IMG/VR virus record: IMGVR_UViG_2579778968_000004
Origin: a virus
Lineage: Duplodnaviria; Heunggongvirae; Uroviricota; Caudoviricetes
Direction: 5' to 3' (one strand)
Length of the DNA stretch: 4,054 nucleotides
Position numbers and translations under genes: made by a program. Positions 1 to 4,054 of this stretch are shown here, piece after piece (the first letter of the stretch is position 1; each line of letters starts with the position of its first letter). The notes under the pieces were generated by a model. The model saw only the letters and a list, made by a program, of their open reading frames with translations. It made no database searches and was not told the DNA's origin.

Positions 1-249
1 ATTAGAGACTTTCAGCGTTGGCCTTGCACTGGCACCTTTGCCGTTCATCTCAAATCCACTCCCCTGAATGGGATAGGCCTGATACTGCCGACTCTGCCAG
101 GTGACAGACTCTCCTTTCTCGTTCTGCTCATTGCAGAAAAAGTAGCGATCCCCGCCTACCTCGGTCAGGTCGATTTCCCAGAGCACCACGCTGGCCGACT
201 GCTCCGCACGAATGCATTCATTCAGCGTTTCCTGTTGTATGTCCTGCAT
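1..249 (-). CDS. L: Minor tail protein L (lambda gpL family), N-terminal 83 codons only; gene continues beyond the window start
   Basis: Reverse-complement of 1..249 translates in frame from ATG (247..249) as [83 protein letters not shown] with no stop before the window edge. This is near-identical to the N-terminus of lambda gpL as I recall it (about 10 differences in 83 residues). Sits immediately downstream of M, as in lambda. Weak SD-like GGTGA a few nt upstream of the ATG. Confidence 0.9.
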   Translation of the reverse strand, partial: MQDIQQETLNECIRAEQSASVVLWEIDLTEVGGDRYFFCNEQNEKGESVTWQSRQYQAYPIQGSGFEMNGKGASARPTLKVSN

Positions 250-587
250 CAGATCACCACTTCGTCAAACTGACACGAAAAATCGGTATAGGTGATATGT
301 TCTGTCGCTGACCACGTTCGACACACCACTCTGATTTTTCTGTTAATACCCGGCGGGCGCCAAAAAAAAGATTTATAGCCTTCATGCCGGGCTAAAAATT
401 TTTCAAATGAATCACGTTCATTCGCCTCAACTTTGAAATCACAGGTGAAAACGCGCAGAGAATGATTAAGTCCATTTGGACTTCGTTGCTCATAACCATC
501 ACCAAATCTTACAGTTTTTATCGATGGTTTATTTTCTGTTTTCATTCCATCCTCTGGTAACCAGTGAAATTCTTCCGTATTAGCCAC
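249..587 (-). CDS. M: Minor tail protein M (lambda gpM family)
   Basis: Supplied ORF, 112 aa. Contains [16 protein letters not shown] (lambda gpM has VRFGDGYSQRAPAGLN from memory) and a similar C-terminus (FDEVVI vs FEQVVN). The first codon is GTG at 585..587, directly after an in-frame stop, so no upstream ATG is possible. An N-terminal F-x-W...GM...PS spacing shared with lambda gpM supports the GTG start over the internal ATG at 543..545. Stop TGA at 249..251. Confidence 0.85.
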
Positions 588-3500
588 TTAACATTCCCCC
601 ATCACGTCGCATATTTAACAGATTGCCCTGCACCCGCTGATCAACCATCCCCATAAGTGCTTTTATTGCCTGAGGGCCAATCTCTCCATTCTGGCCGTCA
701 TTTTGAATAGTGATTTGGTATACAGGGGCATAGGTAATATCTCCGCCTCCATTACCACTTTTACTATTAATAGCTCTGACACCAAGAGAACCATCGGAAG
801 TTCGTGTTAATGGCATAATGGCTTCCGGTCCAGCCTCACCAAAAACACCAGCCCCTTTTGCAAAAGCAAAAAATTGCGGGGAATCATAAATACCGTTCGA
901 ATACGTGCTCAATGACGGAGACTCATAAACACCGCCCTTTGCATTCGGAATAAATTTACTAATAGCACTCCCGATAGTTCCTAAAATCCCCCCAGAAGAA
1001 CTGTTACTAATGCTGTCGAAAATCCCAGTAATTGAAGCCTTTAATGCTATTCGACTAAGATCCGAAATCACGGAAGTAGCGAAAGAACGAAAATTTGCCT
1101 TGCCTGTCGTGACAAAATCACCCAGCGCATCGGTCATCCCATCAAACATCTGAGTCGTGGTTGATTTTATCTGCTCACTGATATCCTTAGTGTCATCCAG
1201 CCAGTTATTGAATCCCTGGGAGGCACCACTAACCCAGTCTCCTGCCTGAATATCGAGCTGCTCGTTTTTCTGTCTGACAATTTCTTTTTCCCGTTCCAGA
1301 GCATCATTCAGAGCCTGCATTTTCTCTTGAAAAACATGATCTGACATTCCACGGGATTTATCTGCATAGTCACGTTCAAGTTGCAGACGCTGATTGTTAT
1401 ATCCATGTTCAATCCGCAGTAATTCCTGCTGGCGTTGCTGATTTTTATCGCCAACCCCATAACCAGCAATCTGAATATCATACCCCTGCTGACGATTATC
1501 AATCGAAGCCTGCAATGAATCACGCCATGCTGTTATTTCGGCGGATTCCTTGATTAGCCTGTTATTTTTTTCAATCGCAACATTTTTCTCCATCAACGTG
1601 GTTATTTCTTCCCGGTGTAAGAGAAGCGATTTCTGATCCTGGGTTAATTTCGATGATGGTCGTGACTCTAGGTCGGCAATCCGCTGACGCCACTTAACCA
1701 GTTCCTGTTCAGAGGAACTTAATTTAACGGTCAACTCAGCTTGTGAACTTAGTAACGCATTCTGTTGATTCAGATGATCAATCATTCGTTGGGCTGCATC
1801 ATCAGAATAACCTTTCGCCTTTGGTTGCTTTGGATCTTTATAACGCTCATTTATTTGAGCGATAAGATTATTATATTCTTCCTTTGAATACTGATTCTTT
1901 AGCTTTTCCAGTTTTGCAAGTTCACTAGCTCTCTGCTGCTCCCGGGTCTGATATTGTTTTGAAAAGGCATCTGCTCTCTGTCTGAGTTCAATTCCTTCCT
2001 GTTGTCGCTTGTTGTAATCGTTTATTGATGAATTTAGTACGTCCTGAGCAATTTTTTCTGCTTGAAGTACGCCCAATTGCTGCTTTAATCGTGCCAGCCT
2101 TTTATTTTGAGCTCCGCCATCTCCAATGCCACCTAACCCGAAAACTCCGGGTCGGGTATTTTTTTCTATTTCATCAATTTGACGGAGAACATCTGAGATT
2201 TTTTGATCAAGGGAGGCCTCACGGCCAATATCCAGCATGGAATCCCATGCCCATTTTGCGGAGTCTGCGACAGCTTTCCATGCAGTCTCAAGATAACCAA
2301 GATTTTCTTTAATCTGGTTGGTGCGCTGGATCATTGAGGATGAGTATTCTTCTGTCGCAATGCGGGCGGCCTCCTGCTGGTTCCCTTCATCCTGTAGCGC
2401 CTTAATCTGGTTATAAGTCGCAAGTGTCAGAAAATGGTACTGATCATTAAGTTTTGATATGGCACTGACAGGATCCTTTGCAATTTCATTGAAGTCATTA
2501 ACCAGTTGTTCGGTTGATATTCCTGTTACTTCGCTCGTTTTTACTATCGCTGTCGTCACTTGCTCCAGCGAACTGCTCGCTACCTTTCCCGAACGCACAA
2601 GCTGATTTAATACTGCCGCCGCAGCACCAGTTGTCGAATCAGCCGCATTCCCGGCACGTTGAGCTATATCGCCCAATTGCCCGCTGGTTGTCCCCAACTG
2701 ATTTCCGGTAAGAATAAGAGATTTATTAAATTCGTCCTGCTCCTGAGAGCCTTTATAGTAAGCCAGTCCTAAGACCCCAACGGCTGCTGCGGCCAGGGTA
2801 AAAGGATTAATTAATCCCAGCACATAAGAACCTACACCTTTGATCGCCGGGCCAATCCCACCGAACATATCTTTTAGCTGGCCGCCCTGCTGCATTAACA
2901 CCATAAATGGCGACTGACCAGTGGACAACCCAACAACAATATCCGTCATTTGTGCAGGCAACATGCGCATAGCAAAAGCCGTTTGTTTTGCCGACATTCC
3001 GGTTTTGCTTAATTGTGATTGAGTAACCTCAAGCTCACTCCGCATAGCACGAAGTTTTCCAGAAAGCTCCTCATACATTTCAGGAGAAAGCATCCCCTTA
3101 GCTTTTGCTTCATTGAGCTGTTTCTGTTGTTCTACCAGACGATTAAAAGCAGTTCCGACAGGATCAAGTTGAGCAATCAGACGTTGCAAAGCAACAACCT
3201 GTTCATCATGCGCTTTTGCTGCTTCTCGCTCTGCCTGAGCCTCTCCGGTAAGCTCTCGCCGTGTTTCCTGTATTTTTCGGCTATAATTCTCAAACTGAGA
3301 ACCATTTATTTTCCCGGATGCAAACGCAGCATTAAGTTCATCATGCTGTTGTTCAAGATTTCTTAGCGCCGCAGCCAGAGGGTCGATCTTGTCCAGCATT
3401 CTTTGAAAGGCCTGAGCCTGCGCTTCCTGCTGGGCGGCAGCAAGTTTTCCGGCCTTCTCGGCTTCTCTCTGCGCTTGCGCAACCCCGCTCAATTCCTCTG

Positions 3501-3813
3501 TGGTTTCATTAAGTTTACGGACAAGAAATTCATATTCTTCTTTATCAATAAGCCCTTTATCGAAAAATTTCTTTAATTCAGAATAGCGTCGACCGACAGT
3601 ATCAATTGCGGCACCAACTGGATCAATAGCTGCTTTTAATTTTGCGAGCGCGTTCTTCTCATCTTCTGTTGCCTTAGTCACTTTCCCTGCGCTATTTGCA
3701 GCAGTTTCCCCAGCCTGCGTCATTTTGACTAATGAGGAGGTCAGATTGTCAGCATTATTTTTCGCTCCAGTGCTATCAATAATTATTGCGAGACGCGAGG
3801 TTTGCTCTGCCAT
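580..3813 (-). CDS. H: Tail length tape measure protein (lambda gpH family), 1077 aa
   Basis: Supplied 1077-aa ORF. ATG at 3811..3813 is directly preceded by an in-frame TAA and an AGGAG Shine-Dalgarno with a 9-nt spacer. [10 protein letters not shown]...[21 protein letters not shown] matches lambda gpH MRMLPAQFTD...GQSPWLILLQQGGQVKDSFGG (from memory), and the C-terminus [16 protein letters not shown]...RRDGGMLSG matches lambda NDGTNGQIGPAALKAV...MRDGGLFSG. The long Q/E/K/R-rich central region is typical of tape measure proteins. Followed by M and L as in lambda. Stop TAA at 580..582. Confidence 0.95.
2950..3627 (-). repeat. Three tandem in-frame coding repeats (about 73-80 codons each) forming the N-terminal region of the tape measure protein
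   Basis: Protein units start at residues 63 ([11 protein letters not shown]), 143 ([11 protein letters not shown]) and 216 ([11 protein letters not shown]). Each repeats the pattern (I/L)DP-x-x-x-A..., then G-x-(I/N/L)-x-x-x-(Y/F)-E, then K-(L/I)-x-E/A-x-x-x-EL-(S/T)-G. DNA-level identity between units is low (compare GGATCAAG at 3161, GGTCGATC at 3382, GATCAATAG at 3621), so these are diverged duplications rather than recent ones. Boundaries are approximate. Confidence 0.6.
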
Positions 3814-3822
3814 TTATTAAAA

Positions 3823-3827
3823 CTCCT
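3823..3827 (-). promoter_or_regulatory. Shine-Dalgarno (AGGAG) for the tape measure gene
   Basis: Minus strand reads AGGAG-TTTTAATAA-ATG; 9-nt spacer to the start codon at 3811..3813. Confidence 0.6.
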
Positions 3828-3828
3828 G

Positions 3829-3858
3829 ACAACAAAAAACCCACCGCGAAGTGGGTTT
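3829..3858 (-). terminator. Candidate Rho-independent terminator (minus-strand orientation) directly upstream of the tape measure gene
   Basis: Minus strand reads AAACCCAC-UUCGCG-GUGGGUUU followed by UUUGUUGU: a perfect 8-bp stem (plus-strand 3837..3844 pairs with 3851..3858), 6-nt loop, then a U-rich tract. On the plus strand the hairpin is followed by CAGG rather than a T-tract, so a terminator reading works only for the minus strand. Strength and function cannot be judged from sequence alone. Confidence 0.45.
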
Positions 3859-3978
3859 CAGGCGACATAATAGTAGATATAGCGATTACGAGGCCACGCA
3901 ATGCTTTTCTCCAGGAGCATCATCGATTTAATTAAAGACACCATCACATCTCTGTAACAGAGTGTACGTAATTAACAA

Positions 3979-4054
3979 CTACACACACTGCTCGGCTTTG
4001 TTGAATAAATCAGATTTCGGGTAAGTCTCCCCCGTAGCGGGTTGTGTTTTCAGG
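3979..4054 (-). CDS. 3' end of an upstream minus-strand ORF running in from beyond the window (frame ambiguous; possibly a tail assembly chaperone by synteny only)
   Basis: Two minus-strand frames are open from the window edge: one reads ...PENTTRYGGDLPEI and stops at TGA (4010..4012), the other reads ...LKTQPATGETYPKSDLFNKAEQCV and stops at TAG (3979..3981). With only 14-24 codons visible I cannot tell which is real or name the product. In lambda the genes upstream of H are G and T. Confidence 0.3.
   Translation of the reverse strand, partial: LKTQPATGETYPKSDLFNKAEQCV

Noticed and set aside
1308-1523. Minus-strand ORF of 71 aa in an alternative frame inside the tape measure gene
   Set aside because: Out-of-frame overlap within the tape measure CDS. 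Product looks random, with no RBS or homology signal. Most likely a chance open frame.
2025-2312. Plus-strand ORF of 95 aa antisense to the tape measure gene
   Set aside because: Lies entirely inside a long, homology-supported minus-strand CDS. Product is low-complexity with no recognisable motif and no evident RBS. Antisense ORFs of this size arise by chance opposite long genes.
2514-2711. Plus-strand ORF of 65 aa antisense to the tape measure gene
   Set aside because: Same reasoning: embedded antisense in a well-supported CDS, leucine/serine-rich product typical of spurious antisense translation.
3019-3366. Plus-strand ORF of 115 aa antisense to the tape measure repeat region
   Set aside because: Antisense to the coiled-coil-encoding repeats. 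Product is Leu/Phe/Ser/Cys-rich with no domain-like features. No independent support.
3829-3860. Reading the hairpin as a plus-strand terminator or as a bidirectional terminator
   Set aside because: On the plus strand the stem is followed by UUUCAGG, not a U-tract, and nothing in this window is transcribed on the plus strand toward it. Only the minus-strand orientation fits.
3858-3944. 28-codon minus-strand ORF (MVSLIKSMMLLEKSIAWPRNRYIYYYVA) in the gap upstream of the tape measure gene, stopping at the base of the hairpin
   Set aside because: Very short, only a weak GAGA-type ribosome-binding site, low-complexity Tyr/Ile-rich product. Cannot be supported without conservation or expression data.
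3860-3978. Possible sigma70 promoter for the tape measure gene (TTGCGT and TATTAT-like hexamers on the minus strand)
   Set aside because: The hexamers do not sit at a 16-18-nt spacing from each other; the best -10-like element has no acceptable -35. Too weak to call by eye.
1-4054. CRISPR array, mobile element (IS or transposase), integrase or attachment site, toxin-antitoxin or defence island
   Set aside because: No direct-repeat/spacer periodicity and no terminal inverted repeats. All substantial ORFs are accounted for by tail structural genes. The only repeats are in-frame coding repeats inside the tape measure gene.

Overview
The window is the central part of a lambda-like (siphovirus) tail-assembly module, all encoded on the minus strand and almost entirely coding. 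Reading 5'->3' on the minus strand: the last few codons of an upstream ORF (3979-4054, frame ambiguous), a ~165-nt noncoding gap containing a terminator-like hairpin, a 1077-aa tail tape measure protein (580-3813, lambda gpH family), minor tail protein M (249-587), and the first 83 codons of minor tail protein L (1-249, continues past the window edge). The order TMP-M-L matches lambda H-M-L. I see no rRNA, tRNA, CRISPR array, transposase, integrase, toxin or defence-type gene, and no convincing evidence of a new biological system. The points worth a second look are modest: a triplicated N-terminal module in the tape measure protein, an unusual terminator-containing gap directly upstream of the tape measure gene, two overlapping reading frames at the window edge, and a sharp change in similarity to lambda between M and L. 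All comparisons to lambda proteins are from memory, not from a database search.
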